A stretch of 64,000 bases of DNA from Tubulanus polymorphus (Eukaryota > Animalia > Nemertea): assembly GCF_964204645.1 (NCBI RefSeq), contig NC_134034.1, positions 2,170,072-2,234,071 on the forward strand, read 5' to 3'. The notes beneath the pieces are model-generated. The model was given only the letters and a program-made list of their open reading frames with translations, ran no database searches and was not told the origin of the DNA. Of this stretch, positions 23,768 to 42,042 are shown in pieces (the first letter of the stretch is position 1; each line of letters opens with the position of its first letter). Position numbers and translations under genes: made by a program.

Positions 23768-25943
23768 ACGAACTTACGAAAGCTCCATGTCCAGAGAAGC
23801 ATGACCAACTGGGATCAAGGTTCCAAATTCCCTTCATCGAATCATCATCATTTATGTGCGTTTGCGAAGAGAATTGTTAAATCTTTTGCTAAGCACGAGA
23901 GAGTTTTGTGGCTTAAAAGAAGCCCCAGATGCACGCAATGCGTCGGTATGTATTGTCTGAAAGAGTCGGACACATCCACGTCACCAGATTGGGACGGCGT
24001 GACTGCACTGCCTTGATTATTTATTCGCGTTTGCTGCTGTTGTTCAATGAACGATTGTTTCGTTGACTAGAATGAAATGTATAATGGATAAAAGTTAAAA
24101 CATTAAATGCAAGCGAAGATACCTGGTTTTTGTTGTTGTTTACTCTGTGTTGTTTGTAAAATTTTGCCTGATATAAGGAATCAAAATGGTCGAATGTTGA
24201 TGGGCAATGCTGTGTACACGATATCTACGAATGGAGGTGTAAACTATGCCGATTAAAATCGGGGCAGCAAAACCTATTTCGGAAATACCCCAATCGCCCG
24301 TGAGGGAAGGGAGATTACTTGATTGTTCTCCGACATAAACTCACCCAAACGACGGATATAACTATGGCCATACCGCCATCAATGTATTTTAAAGCATTTT
24401 TGAAACGGTGTGAAAATCATAAAACACCTGTCTTAACTTAGTTCCACTGGCTCCAAGTCATTTTAGAAGTGATTGTAACATTTACTGTAAGTTTTTAAAG
24501 CCTTAAGGTACACGCCCAATAATATCGCGTAAGTTATTCAATAATGTGATATTTTCACAAATAATGAATTTGCTTCTTAAAGTAACTGAGAAAAAAGACT
24601 TAAAAATCGGAGATTTCTCGTTGCTAACTAATAGACGGAGGCAAGAAGCTTTAAGCTTGAGAAATGAGAAGTAAGTTTCGAAAAAAGAAGAGAGGAGACA
24701 TGACACATTTCAATCTTTCCTGATAGGTAACAGACATGTTCAAACCAGCAAGCACGTGCTTTTGAGAAAACCTTTTCACCATAGCAAGACCGCGCATTCT
24801 TTGATGTGACTTATAAATCTTACAAACATATTGTTTTATTGTAAACTGCGTCAACAGTATTTGAATGCCATTATACAAACTAAAACCGGCTTTTACAAAC
24901 ACTGCACATTTTATAGTCATTACATAGCGCTACAGGCTTACGTGTGCAGTGTAGGTTTTTGTTATAATATGTACTGATTAGCGAAACAGTCACGGGCCTT
25001 GGTATGCTTCGGTGCTAGATCTCACATAGCGAGCTACAACTTATAATGGGTACGTGTTTGATTATTAGTTGATAACTCTTTTTTATGACCATGCAGATTT
25101 CGCAATGAACCGATTGTAACTTCCCGATCGCAACACAATCAAGCGAAACTGTTTAATGTCTGGTTCATCATCAAGGCCAGCGTTTATAGGTCGAATCTTC
25201 GGCGCACTCGTGACTGATTAATTTCAACAATGTTTCCTTAGGGATCCGTATTGATTTCAGAAACGAATGATGTACGATTTTTAGGTTTTCTATAAGTGTC
25301 AGTAACTATGATTGGCCTCTAACTTATGATACACGACAAGCATAATACACAAGTATGGGTCCATCCACTCAAGTATTTCCACACCGCGGTGACATGACTT
25401 CACCTTCTAGTAGGACATCTTTTAATTGAAAATGAACTATATACACCAGACATTAGACATTTTTATCAGCACGCTTTCATAAACTGATCGTCCACAGTTC
25501 AGGATATGACCATGAGATATTTTCTAACCATGAAATATATGAACTCCAAAACACTTCACCAAGAACCTTCGTGTTCTGATGTACTGGTAACACTGAGTGG
25601 GCGGGTACACAGTGATCGTAGAGTGACAGAGATCACTGTGGGAATAACTACTTCCAGGACCGGGTGAACAAAACACCAAATATCAGATATTCTATCGGCA
25701 CAAAATCTACCTGACTATGATATCGTGGTTGATATGAGAACGTGGAACAGATACCAGCATAATGAAAGACGGAATATTAAGTTGCGCCATCTCGTATAAC
25801 GATAGCTGGTGAACTGGAGTCAAAACTCTGCTTGAGTTAAATCATAAACTGAGGTCAAGGTTTTTATCTAGCTGCATAGCCTACAACAAGCGTTAACGTC
25901 TAAATTTCTCATTTCAGCCCGAGTATCCATCTTCTGGCTTGCG

Positions 25944-27398
25944 ATGACCTCGCTCTTGCTGGTCACGTGGTCCTCGCGAGGCAATGCGCGGATAATTTGT
26001 ACAAGCGATAAAGTCACGTGTTCGTGTACCGGCGACGAGTTCACGAAAATACCCGACGACATTTCGACGAACATAAGCGAGTTCGAATTTGACGGAAAAG
26101 TTGAAAGCATCAACTCGGCCTCGTTCGCCGGATTTTCGAATCTATCCACGATAAAGGTTGAAGGAGTTGGGCTTAGGTCAGTAACAGATTCGCCATTTTT
26201 CCAAATGAAAAAATTGAAGAACTTGTATCTCGCCTATAACAACATCACAATAATACCGTCGGCTACGTTGGTTGGCAACGGTTACCTGGAAACCATCGAT
26301 TTCCGCAACAATTCGATAATATCGATCGAATCGTTTTCGTTCGTGCACGCGACCTCCCAAGGCGGCGGAAAAGCGGACTTTTCGTTCAACCGTCTCCAAA
26401 GTCTGAACGATTATATTTTCAAATTATCGGCGTTCGAATCTTTGGATTTCAGTCACAATCGTCTGCGAACGATTTCGAAATTTTCCCTGCGCGGAATTCG
26501 CGGCCTGAAAAAACTCGATCTACGATTCAACGAACTGTCGGTTCTATCCGACGAATTCGATTTCTTGGACGAATTAGAAATCCTTTCGCTTTCGTACAAC
26601 AAGTTACTGCACGTTAGCGCGGATATTTTCAAATCGACGATTAATCTACGGGAGCTGACCCTGCGGGGAAATCGGATAGTATCGATCGGAAACTTCCTGG
26701 CGAATTTGAAACAGCCGAAACTGTTCCGCTCGCTGGACGTGACAAACTCCAGCATCTTGTGCAACTGCGAATCGAAATGGTTGAAAAAATTCATCGAGCA
26801 ATCGCCGGGTAAAGTTGTCAACGCACGCGATGTCATGTGCACGGACCCGATGACGAAACCGCTGCTCGAAATGTCCGAGTCCGAATTCGCGAAATGTTTC
26901 AAACCGGTGATTACGAAACTAGTTCAGTACGATTGGCGTAGTGTCGTCTGCCGCGTGAAGGGAGACCCGTTCGCCAGGATTTACTGGATTTCTCCGTTTC
27001 GGACTGAGCTTCAGTCTGATCGAAACTATCACATCTACTACTCGCTGGAAACGGAAGGGATCCTCGTGATTAATCGTGTCGCGGAACTCGCATACGGTGA
27101 CTACACGTGCGTGGCCGAAAACAGCATCGGCAGTGTGAATCGGACGATCAACGTTAAAACACCTGTCGAACTGGAGAGAGAGAAATGCTCGATAGGTAGC
27201 GCTGTGGCAGGCTCGATTTTAGGAACGGTTGCCTTTTGTCTCGTTGTAGCGGGGATCTATTACGCGTACCGGAAGTATCAATCGGAAGCAAAATGGCGGC
27301 AGTGCCGCGACGAACTTCAAAGAAGAAATAGCTACGAGGCTCCGATATACAAAGGAAATAGCTATTCGAATTTACGGGAATTGGAAGAACATTACTAA
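25944..27398 (+). CDS. LRR-Ig single-pass membrane protein
   Basis: LRRNT, ~9 LRRs, LRRCT (ILCNCESKWL..VMCTDP), Ig domain (VCRVKGDP..IYW..GDYTCVAEN), TM (AVAGSILGTVAFCLVVAGIYYAY), short tail. An acceptor TTTCAG at 25912-25917 suggests a possible upstream first exon. Confidence 0.88.
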   Translation: MTSLLLVTWSSRGNARIICTSDKVTCSCTGDEFTKIPDDISTNISEFEFDGKVESINSASFAGFSNLSTIKVEGVGLRSVTDSPFFQMKKLKNLYLAYNNITIIPSATLVGNGYLETIDFRNNSIISIESFSFVHATSQGGGKADFSFNRLQSLNDYIFKLSAFESLDFSHNRLRTISKFSLRGIRGLKKLDLRFNELSVLSDEFDFLDELEILSLSYNKLLHVSADIFKSTINLRELTLRGNRIVSIGNFLANLKQPKLFRSLDVTNSSILCNCESKWLKKFIEQSPGKVVNARDVMCTDPMTKPLLEMSESEFAKCFKPVITKLVQYDWRSVVCRVKGDPFARIYWISPFRTELQSDRNYHIYYSLETEGILVINRVAELAYGDYTCVAENSIGSVNRTINVKTPVELEREKCSIGSAVAGSILGTVAFCLVVAGIYYAYRKYQSEAKWRQCRDELQRRNSYEAPIYKGNSYSNLRELEEHY

Positions 27399-28278
27399 CA
27401 AGTAGTAGGCTTCACCGGTGTCTACTGATTAAAGCAATCGGGGATTCCTCTCGAGGGATATGAAGCCGGGATAATGGACAAGGCCCGCTGCTACTTCCGC
27501 GCTTCAGTGAGCTACCGTTGACACACACCAGACGAGGAAACACCACATTCAGTTTATTACGTAGTGAAAAGTCGGCGTAGTTCATTTTCGATGAAATTCC
27601 ATATAGATTTTAGGCTCCTCAATCCGAATATTGCCTAACCAGTGATCAAAAGGGTCGGATATAGAATTGATTTTTCCACTTGGCGATTTTGATTCCAATA
27701 AAGAAAAGACTGATTCGATTTAAATTGAAACATGTTGAAATGTACAAGGGAACCTCGTTACCCTCGGTCCTCACTTGCCACAGTAGCGGTACCGGTTCTT
27801 CCTTTTCCACCGGATTTTACGGGAACTCTATGTAATCGCAAGATGATAACAAACCTTGACGGACGACAACCGTTGTGTTTATGATACTAGATTATTCCCA
27901 GTTACTACAGAAAGCCGTTTTACTTCAAACTGTATTCGATCTTTGAGAATTTAAAAAAAACCTTTTGTTAATATTGAATTTAAAAAAAAATGTTTAATGC
28001 CTTAATGATGTATAAAACTTTTGCGAATAATAATCTTTAAGCTATGGTGGAGATTTTTCAATTTTTACCAATTTTACTGCCATAGTGCCATAGAGGATGA
28101 CCCCACTTAACACTCAATCTGAATTCAGTTATTGTGGATGGTGATCGTCGCAGCTAATCACAATTATTTCAGAATCATTGAAGTCATTGGTTTTGACGCC
28201 AGAACCGTTGAAGTCATTGACAATAAGAAGTTCGCCATGTAAAGACCGTTACTAATCGTAATTCTACTTTTGGGGCTC

Positions 28279-31200
28279 CTAAAACGCGATATTTTCAGCG
28301 GGAGTGAACTTGAACGCTCGAACAGCCTGAGTTGCCATTTTGACGTCCCGCCGGACGCCGGACGCTTGTCGTGAATCGACCGGCGGAAGTTTAGTCGCGA
28401 CTTCCGTCGATCGTGGCGCAACCTGGTGGAGCAATGCGTTCCGAAACAGATTCCAGCGTGTTTTCAATTGATACGAGTTCAACAGTACGTCGTCGCTGGG
28501 GTAACTGGAAATAGAAAGAAACATGAAAAACGACAACAAAATAAAGCCATTATCTGATCAATCTTACACTCGTATTGTGTCTGCTGTGTAAGGTCAACTA
28601 GACAAGTGATTTTCAAAGTGGTTAAAATGTTAATTTCCTGTTCCGTTGTCGTTGTTGTTAAATGTTAATTTACTGATCAGTTACACATTACGTATTAAAA
28701 CCTTAATCTATGAACAATTGGCTCGGTACGAAATATGGAATATCTCAAGATCAGGCGTCAATGAACTGCTCAATTAACTATCGTTGAGCCTAGAAATTCT
28801 CACCTCATTTTAGCGGCTACAGCTTTACAATGCTCGACAGCTTCCGGTAGAGCGAGCGAATGGAATGTCGACTTCTTAAATCGTAACAACCGTGCTCCAC
28901 TCGACACCAGGTAGAGACAATTATCAACACCAGGTGACGCTACTTGTCCTTGCAGCTTTGGGAACACCAGTGAGTCTAGATCCTAGATGAATAGAAACAG
29001 TGGTGAAATGTTGCATATTTGGCTTTTAAGTACAAAAAATTAATTTCTTCAACCCCCCAGGGTCCAGTTCCACAGTTCGGAGTTAATATTTGACCCTGAG
29101 TTAACTCATTGAAAATGAACTAATTTTAACTCAGAGTTAACTCTAACTCACAACTCTCGAACTGGGTCCTGATGATGATGATGGCACGTAGAAAACTTGT
29201 CTTACAATCAGTTTTACGGAAAGGCTAGCTGTATGTTAAGATTCCCAATCCATATATTATTGCGTGAACAAATTGAAGACTGCAAAATCGGACGGATGCG
29301 CACATTCAAAGTTTACTTGCCGCACCAATAGACGCACACGCCGATAATACTTACAAAGACATCCCCAGGGCTCAATGTACCGATTTCGAGGTCAATCGTC
29401 TGTCGTCCTCCCGCGCGTATCGTGACGTCATCGTTTTCTAAAAACGTCTTTAATGATATCGACGATCGTTTTCTTGGCGTCGATCGGTTATAAATCGAAG
29501 CACCCGATAGAAATGAATTGTCGCCACCACCTTCAGGATTCAGTAAATTTTCTGAAGAAATCGGTTCGATCTAAAGAAAAGAAGAAAATGTTCCATTCAT
29601 TAGTGAAATACAAGATGAGGAATGTTTCTTCCGACTAATTCCTCATTTTTCTGATAAAAACGTAATTCCATCGTTGTCATTCAGAACTGCGCCACGCTCC
29701 CAATGTCGAGGCAGTTTCCAAAATACACGGATTGACTTTCAAGCCCCGAAATAAGAGATGCAGGCGCGAACAGCATTTCAAACCTGGTTAGAATACGGTC
29801 CGTACGGCAGTTCCATTGATTTCAGCAAACTTCTTTTGTTGTCAGGACAAGAATTCGACCTCACTACAAAAACAAAGACGGCAATGGCGACTTAATTTTA
29901 GAACCCACACACCGAATCCAAGTCAAATTCCTTGGTGTGATTTATCTTTCTGGTTAAGCTAAAATTCTTAGATATTCTGATGGTGGGAAAATGGCACACG
30001 TCGAAGAGGAACAGTTAGGGCAGCCATCTATGGTCTATACCTACCCGTTTTGTCGAACTGATCAGAACAGGGCTCAGCGGCGTGCAGAACAATCTGCGGC
30101 GGTGCCGATAACGCATTCGATCTCCGAGATAGCGATCGTTGTGGTGAAGGCGTGGCCAATCGTTTCAGAATCCGACATTTTCCCTACAAAAACAACGACA
30201 AAAAATATGCATTTAAAAAAAAAAACTTGATTCGTCTGATTAGGAGGGGTTGGTACATCTTCTTTTCTTTTAGTAGTCAAAGGTACTAGGCAAAAACGTA
30301 TCCCTCTATGCTGCCACGGTTTCTGTACGGCCGCAGACTTAAATACGCCACTAGTTAAATAACACAAGTGCCCGCCCAAAACAGACCCTTAAAGTTAGTA
30401 AACCAATTCATAATCTTTTATTGTTATGTATGACAGCATTGGTTGGAGAGTAAACTATGACAGCATGCAAAATACCGAACATGGTATTTGGGGGTTTTCT
30501 ATCTAAGCCTGATGTTTACATTTAGAACTTAATATACCTGCATACATATGTACATGTAGTCGTCTGTTTGACTGTTTCTAACGATTACTTTATTGATTTT
30601 GTAGTCGAGCGTAACCGTTTCGAAACACAGCGCACTCAAGCGGCTGTCCGGCCAGTACGAACGACTGAAAACTGCTAACGAACTGAAAGATACAAAATGT
30701 GCCCGAAAGATAATGTAGCCCGTTTGAAAATACTAGATTAATGAACTTCGTCGAGCGAGTTGGAATTGTAATCTAGATTTATTATCGCCTAACTCTATCG
30801 TTATTGTAGACTGAGCAACGTATCTACCGGCAACCTTAAGAGTAGCAAGCGGGATTCTTGTGTAAGGCGAGTATATAGTTGAACATCAACTATCAAACTA
30901 CCGTGGCAATAGAGGATTCTATTAATGGCAAATGAGGATCCACTAGGTGTCGCTAGTGTGCTGTAGGACATCAGCTACTGCGGCAATAGAGGATTCTATT
31001 AATGGCAAATGAGGATCCACTAGGTGTCGCTAGTGTGCAGTAGGACATCAGCTACTGCGACAATAGAGGATTCTACTTATGGCAAATGAGGGTCCACTAG
31101 GCGTCGCCAGTGTGCTCTAGCCTAGGACATCAACTACTGCGACGCTAGAGGATATATATCATCTTATCATTATAAAAACGAAACCGATTCTGGGAGCTCT

Positions 31201-34200
31201 AGATGGGAGTCATTTGAAAATAGATTCAACTTTGAGTGAGCATATAATGTCCTAGCGTTCGGAACGCCGTCTGGTGAGGTCTTCAATAACATGTTTATAC
31301 GAATAACAATTTTACCTCATGAATCTGAATTTCTCGTGGATCTCCTGTTGAAATATTTGCGGACAAACTTCCGAGAAGACGTATTTATCGATAGTCAATA
31401 ATTCACAGTTTTCTCTCGTTGTTACTGTAGCCGAACGCTTTACATCTTTCAACAAGGCCAATTCCTACGATTGGAAATAGTACAGATTCGAACAAAACAT
31501 TACAAATGAATTACAAACAGCAGACATCGGGGCCCGATTTTATAGACTGGTATTATCTTTAACCCGGGGGTTAACTCGACTGAAAATGAATCGTGTTAGC
31601 CCGGGGGTTAAAGTTGATACCAGTGTATAAAACCTGGCCCAGATATTTCATCAACGCACTTTCAAAAACGTCCACATATCTCACACGTGATCAGTACTTC
31701 ATCGGAGACATTTTTTATTGACAAATCAACTACAAACACTAGATATTGGACATTTTATCAGCGGACTTTCAAAAACTGATCGCGTACGCTTCACACGCTA
31801 AAATGGCCAACGTCTGTTTGACGGGGTGGATCCTGGTTGCAGATTGATGCAAAGTTACGAGTTCGAGAATTGAACAACTTTCTTACCCCAAACGATTCTC
31901 CCTGGGTGAGTATTTTCTCCGTTGTGACGAAATGCTCCCCGGAATTTGTGACGTCACTGACATTGACGAAAACGGAACCGGAATAGATGAAATAAAAACT
32001 GAGTCCGACGTGGTTTTCTCTGAGTATCACACGACCCGCGTCAACACTTTGAAAAAATTAATCCTCGAATAATTACATTATACAGTATCCCACCAGATGG
32101 CGCCACTAACAGTCGGTCGCAAGATTGTCAAAATAGTTCATTTTAAATTTCTAATTTGGAACAATAATTCTAACTTTCTGGGACTAGGTTTTAAGACTAG
32201 TACTAACCTTTACCTTTAACTTAATTCATTATCAATTAAGTTAGAACTGGGGTTAAAGGTACAAGCTGCCAGTCTATATAAATTGGTCTCTGATTCAAAT
32301 ATTATCAAGCGAGCCTTGAAAACGATTGCAGATTTACTTTTCTACTCTCCATGTTTGGTAAGATCTTCATCGATAATTGATTTACTTAAAAAAGAAAATT
32401 TAATTCGATTCTAATTGAATGTAGAACTAATCATCAAGTGCAGAAAACCGACTACTAGTGACACCTGGTGGATCCCCACTTGCCGTGGAATTATTGATTT
32501 CGAAAGTACCAGGTCCTCATGCAGTGGGATACAGCAGGACCTAGTTCCACAATTCTTAGTTAAGATATGACTCAAGAGTTTTAACAACTCATCGAGAGAG
32601 ACCGAATCTTAACCGAACCCAGTCCCATCGTGAGGTTGAGGGTAGGTCTTGGGAAACTAAGATGCAAGCGACGTAAAGCCAAAACAAACAAACAGTCGAA
32701 CTGGTGCGCCCAGAGACTGTATTCTAAACGTACCTCATGTAACTGAACGCGCGACACATTGCTAACTGTACTTTCTGTGTAAAACGAGACATACTCTTCA
32801 AACCGCGCAGCAACGCGTGTAGTCTGTGTATATCCCTTTCGGTTCGTTCGTCGGCCGATAGTTCCAGAATCGACCGAGTCCATTCGGGCACACGAGTGTG
32901 GATCTGAAATTGAAATCCACCCCGTTTTACAAATCTTCCTCTTCTGATAAACAAGTTGACAAGTCGTTCGATTTGGCGTTCTTTCCACCTCTGTTCACCC
33001 ATCCACACCTACCAACAAACCCCCTCCACCTATCCACCCCTATCATATCCACTTTCTTGTGATGTATACTAACACTTCGATCCACCTACCCTATTCAATC
33101 GATGCAGCTACATCCTATTCAATGCATATCAACCGCCTATACAACGCTATCCACCCAATTCAACAAGCCCTAACATACAAACTTCATCCACCTAGTCCTC
33201 TAGGTCCCGTTTACACTCATATACATGCTGCAACTAGTAAATCCCAATCCACTCAATATCCATCAACTTTTTCCACAAACTCTATCCACCGACTAATTGA
33301 CCCACAATTTCCTCCTATATCTCTCCCTGTTTCCGCATACCTTGTCTCGGTTGAACAACAAAGGATTGAATGCTAACTCGTCGCCCTCTGGTGAATTTAA
33401 TGCGTACCACTGAAGTTGCGTGGCCGATGACGTAGTCAGGTCAGCGCTTAAACCAATCATACTGCGTAGGATTCGCTTCACGTAAATTACCATACGAATC
33501 GACCAGCGAAATTTCAACGATGCCTTGAATAGAAATTTGTGAATTAAAAATATGTCAGAATTTCCCGCTGGTTTTATGTCCGTTTAGAAAATAAAAGTGA
33601 TGCCGTTCCCATTTCGTCAAATTCATTTTTGCCCATAATGAGGCAAGTTTAATACCAGCTATCCCGCCAGATGGTGTAACGAGCATTCAGGCATATATTG
33701 CGAATTAAGTACGTTATCAACAATTAATTTTGAACCGAAATTCTTAGGCTTCCAAATCCATACACTAGCACAGGACTTACTTACTTTAAATTCATTTTTT
33801 TTTTCTACTTAGCCATTGGTATAATTTTGTAATGAATATTCGACGTATCCAAATAAGTTCATTCGATTCAAAAATTATAGAAGAAATTGAAGCTTGGACT
33901 TTGTCACGTTGTTCCAGTACAGTGAGAAATAGTGATGGACCATATATATTTCTTTGAATATAGAAGGCGCTACTATACCTGAAATTGTGCCTGCTCTTCA
34001 ACGATAACTTTTTTTTTCTTCCTCAGATGTTTCATCACCCAGGCGATTCTTCTCGGTTCTAGCGTCGTCGGGCTGAATCGCGTTCCAAATCGCTCCGCTA
34101 GGAGACGCTCGACTCGTCGGTCTATCGAGTCAAGTTTCAGCCGATAGATGGCGCGATCCAGTTCTCGTTGGTTCGGCGATTTATCCAGCGAGAATGTTCG

Positions 34201-34395
34201 GCTCGATTTCATCGAGAAGTTACAACCAGCAGACGAGTTTGACGAGTAGCATACGAGTGAACTATCGTGCGAGATTCTCGTAGTTTCTCGTTGTTTCGTA
34301 TCGATCGATTCACTGACAGCGTCTGCTAGCTTCATACATCCACCGCTAGGTGTCAACGCTGCAGGAAGGTTTGAAAATCTACGAGCTCTTTTCAT
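28279..34395 (-). CDS. Cyclic nucleotide-binding domain protein (CNBD2-like), ~687 aa
   Basis: Exons 34395-33979, 33523-33341, 32903-32734, 32046-31887, 31464-31316, 30682-30538, 30183-30045, 29863-29784, 29570-29355, 28982-28804, 28504-28279, phase-consistent GT-AG. CNB motifs GRVILRENHVGLSFYFIYSGSV, GESFGELALL..KRSATV, second LSPGDVF. Confidence 0.82.
29061..29168. mobile_element. PIF/Harbinger-like MITE family A
   Basis: TIRs GGTCCAGTTC...GAACTGGGTC, flanked by CAG/CTG; near-identical copies at 45106-45213 and 50525-50633. Confidence 0.7.
30895..31152. repeat. 77-bp tandem repeat (~3 units), reverse-complement family of 41585-42042
   Basis: Unit CTACTGCGGCAATAGAGGATTCTATTAATGGCAAATGAGGATCCACTAGGTGTCGCTAGTGTGCAGTAGGACATCAG. 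Confidence 0.85.
31531..31639. mobile_element. Harbinger-like palindromic MITE
   Basis: GGCCCGATTTTATAGACTGGTAT...ATACCAGTGTATAAAACCTGGCC with internal palindrome; flanks CGG/CAG. Confidence 0.55.
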
Positions 34396-35243
34396 ATTTG
34401 TAGAACGATCCTCGAAACTCTACATATAACCACTGATGACTGTGTAAATCCAATATTCACTTTCCGCTCTCTGTGACCGTGTCTACAGTCGCTCCGCTTC
34501 GGAATTAGGCGCATACTCTGCTGTTATAAACATATAACAATCGACTCGTACCACACCAGTTTTGTTTATCTCACTTGATCACGAACAATAGACCCTCGAG
34601 ATGATTCTGAAATCAAATTACTACAAGATTCTAAATATGTCCATATACCTGATGAGTATATCATTCATTTACTTAAATCCCTGTGCACTGCGAAAGTTCT
34701 GAGTTAGATTTGACTCAGGACTAAAACCTTTACAGAGAACTTATCAAAGTCGAGCTACGATAGTTCGACTTTGTTCTCTGTAAATGTTTTAGTATGTATT
34801 ATATATTGTTCATGGGGCTTAAAACAATTAAAATCGGTATTAATGAGTTCAGAAATCTGATGATCTTACATTTCATTTCATTACATATAATGAATATATC
34901 AAGAACTATCATGCAAGTAGTCAATGAATAAACTTAATAGTGATGAACTTAAACTTAATAAATCAACTAAATCAATATTTCAAAACATCTAAGTTAGCTA
35001 TTAGGGCACAGACTTTTTTAAATCATCAAAGGTAAATGCGTTGAAATTGTGTGGTAATTTATATAGCAAACTAGTGCAGTGACTGATAACATCAAAGTGA
35101 GATATGATCATCAAATTAACCTAAACTAAAATTCAGGAATTGGTCTAATAATCTCAAAAAGCGACATGCCAAAACATCGGAAAACATCAATGCATTTGTT
35201 TTAATGTTAGTTAATAAAATGACAGTCAATTTTCCATTCAATC

Positions 35244-35362
35244 TTCCTTGGCCTTTTTTTCCGTGGCCATTTTTTCCTTGGCCATTTTTTCCTAGGCAAA
35301 TACCCTGGCCATTCTTTCCTTGGCCATTTTTTCCTGGCCATTTTTTCCTTGGCCATTTTTCC
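35244..35362. repeat. ~15-bp tandem repeat (TTCCTTGGCCATTTT)
   Basis: About 7 degenerate units. Confidence 0.8.
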
Positions 35363-36266
35363 GTTCACCTATCCGAACGTTCACCGCGTGGTTATCGATT
35401 ACTACTACGTGCAATCCTAAGAAAGTACGTACGCGTAAAGCGAGAGTGGGATTCATGAGAGGAACAATGATTTGTTTTTGTAGCCGTGTTGAACAGCGCA
35501 CGCCGACCATACAAGCTCGGACTACACTCGCCAAGGGTGGTACGTGCATACGTCGAAGGCATATAGTCATTCTTCAATCGTAAGTTTTTGTTATCATTGA
35601 ATGAAACGTGAGCAGAGTTTGCGATTAGATTCATTTTTGAATCATACTATATGATGGACTCTTCGTTTTAGAGTCAGATTTTGGTGAAACTAGCCCGCGA
35701 ATAGACCCGAATCAAATCTATGGCCCGTGCTGAATAAGAGTTCACACGCTAATCATTCGCACGTTCGGCTGTTTTGCTAACAAAACGATGTTGTGGCAAG
35801 CGAAGTGGGTCACTTTAATTTGACCCATGCTACAATTTAACACTCGAGCCGACGTGTTTAGGCACCAGTGTGAACTACTATAATCTGGCACGGGTCAGAA
35901 TTCGGGCCGGGTCAAAAAGGCTATACGTAGTTTGATCGCACCTAGAGAGAGAAACGGTTTAAGCTTACACATAAGACGTTCTTTGTGATGATTCCACTTG
36001 TGGTGGCATATCGCCCCAATTAAGATACGAAAGCGGTCTCAATCTCTATGCACTTGGCTATTCTTATAACGCACAATGCTAACTACGATCAATAGTTTGA
36101 TGTCGAACTGGATCAACGGGAGTAGTTTTACAATCGACTTCAGAATCGAGATATAGTGTGACGTGCGTAGATAGGATATATACGTGTAGGAGGTGAGAGA
36201 CAGAGGTCTCAAAACTTCGTGATAAATCTGCGTCGTCTTTGTTAAAAGATGAACACCTAGGTTTCT

Positions 36267-36556
36267 AGTACGATAACCACACTCAAACGTGGCGGACGGA
36301 TAAAAAGATTAAAAACCACTATCTACAGATTAAAAGAATTTAGAATCAAGAATTTATTTATTCGAACAATCTAAAATAAATAATAAACACGACGTTTCGA
36401 TCTCACCCTAGAGATCATCGTCAGGTCTCACACCTGACGATGATCTCTAGGGTGAGATCGAAACGTCGTGTTTATCATATATTTTAGATTGTTCGAATAA
36501 ATCAATTCTTGATTTTAAATTCTTTTAATCTGTAGATAGTGAGTTTTAATCTCTTT
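36267..36556. mobile_element. Penelope-like retroelement-derived inverted repeat with 12-bp TSD
   Basis: ~125-bp arms (36301-36557) centred near 36429; direct repeat ACCTAGGTTTCT at 36255-36266 and 36557-36568; hammerhead cores at the centre. Confidence 0.78.
36430..36471 (+). ncRNA. Minimal type I hammerhead ribozyme (Penelope type)
   Basis: ACAC-CTGACGA-T-GATCTC(TAGGGT)GAGATC-GAAA-CGTC-GTGT: core CUGANGA/GAAA, 6-bp helix II, helix I ACAC/GUGU, palindromic ACGU helix III. Mirror copy on minus strand at ~36387-36428. Confidence 0.72.
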
Positions 36557-36672
36557 ACCTAGGTTTCTGTTCAACTCATTGTTCGAAGAAGCGAAAACCG
36601 TGTGAAATTATTTAGACTGTGTTTAGTGAATTCATTTAAGGTTTGACGAGTTAGCGAGGAAGGATCATAGAT

Positions 36673-41474
<4,802 letters not shown>

Positions 41475-41584
41475 TCTCGTGCGTAGGTAACCTTTAAATG
41501 GAAATAAATCACATTCTCAGACGGATTCATGTGTCTGTGTTGATGCTTTGTCTGACTTAGTTATTTCAATAAAAAATGTAAAAC

Positions 41585-42042
41585 TATAGCGACACCTGGT
41601 GGATCCTCACTTGCCACACGCGGAATTCTCTATTACCGCTGTAGTTAATGTCCTACTGTACGCTAGCGACACCTGGTGGAACCTCACACGTGGAATTCTC
41701 TATTGCCGCAGTAGTTGAAGTCCTACTGCATACTTGAGACACCTGGAGGATCCTCACTTGCCACACGTGGAATCCTCTATTGCCGCTGTAGTTGAAGTCC
41801 TACTGCACACTTGAGACACCTGGTGGATCCTCACTTGCCACACGTGGAATCCTCTATTGCCGCTGTAGTTGAAGTCCTACTGCACACTGGAGACACCTGG
41901 TGGATCCTCACTTGCCACACGTGGAATTCTCTATTGCCGCAGTAGTTGAAGTCCTACTGCACACTTGAGACACCTGGTGGATCCTCACTTGCCACACGTG
42001 GGATCCTCTATTGCCGCTGTAGTTGATGTCCTACTGCACACT
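41585..42042. repeat. 77-bp minisatellite (~6 units)
   Basis: Unit GACACCTGGTGGATCCTCACTTGCCACACGTGGAATCCTCTATTGCCGCTGTAGTTGAAGTCCTACTGCACACTTGA. Confidence 0.92.

Noticed and set aside
35204-35634. PWPFF-repeat and overlapping short ORFs
   Set aside because: Arise from the 15-bp repeat; no recognisable protein
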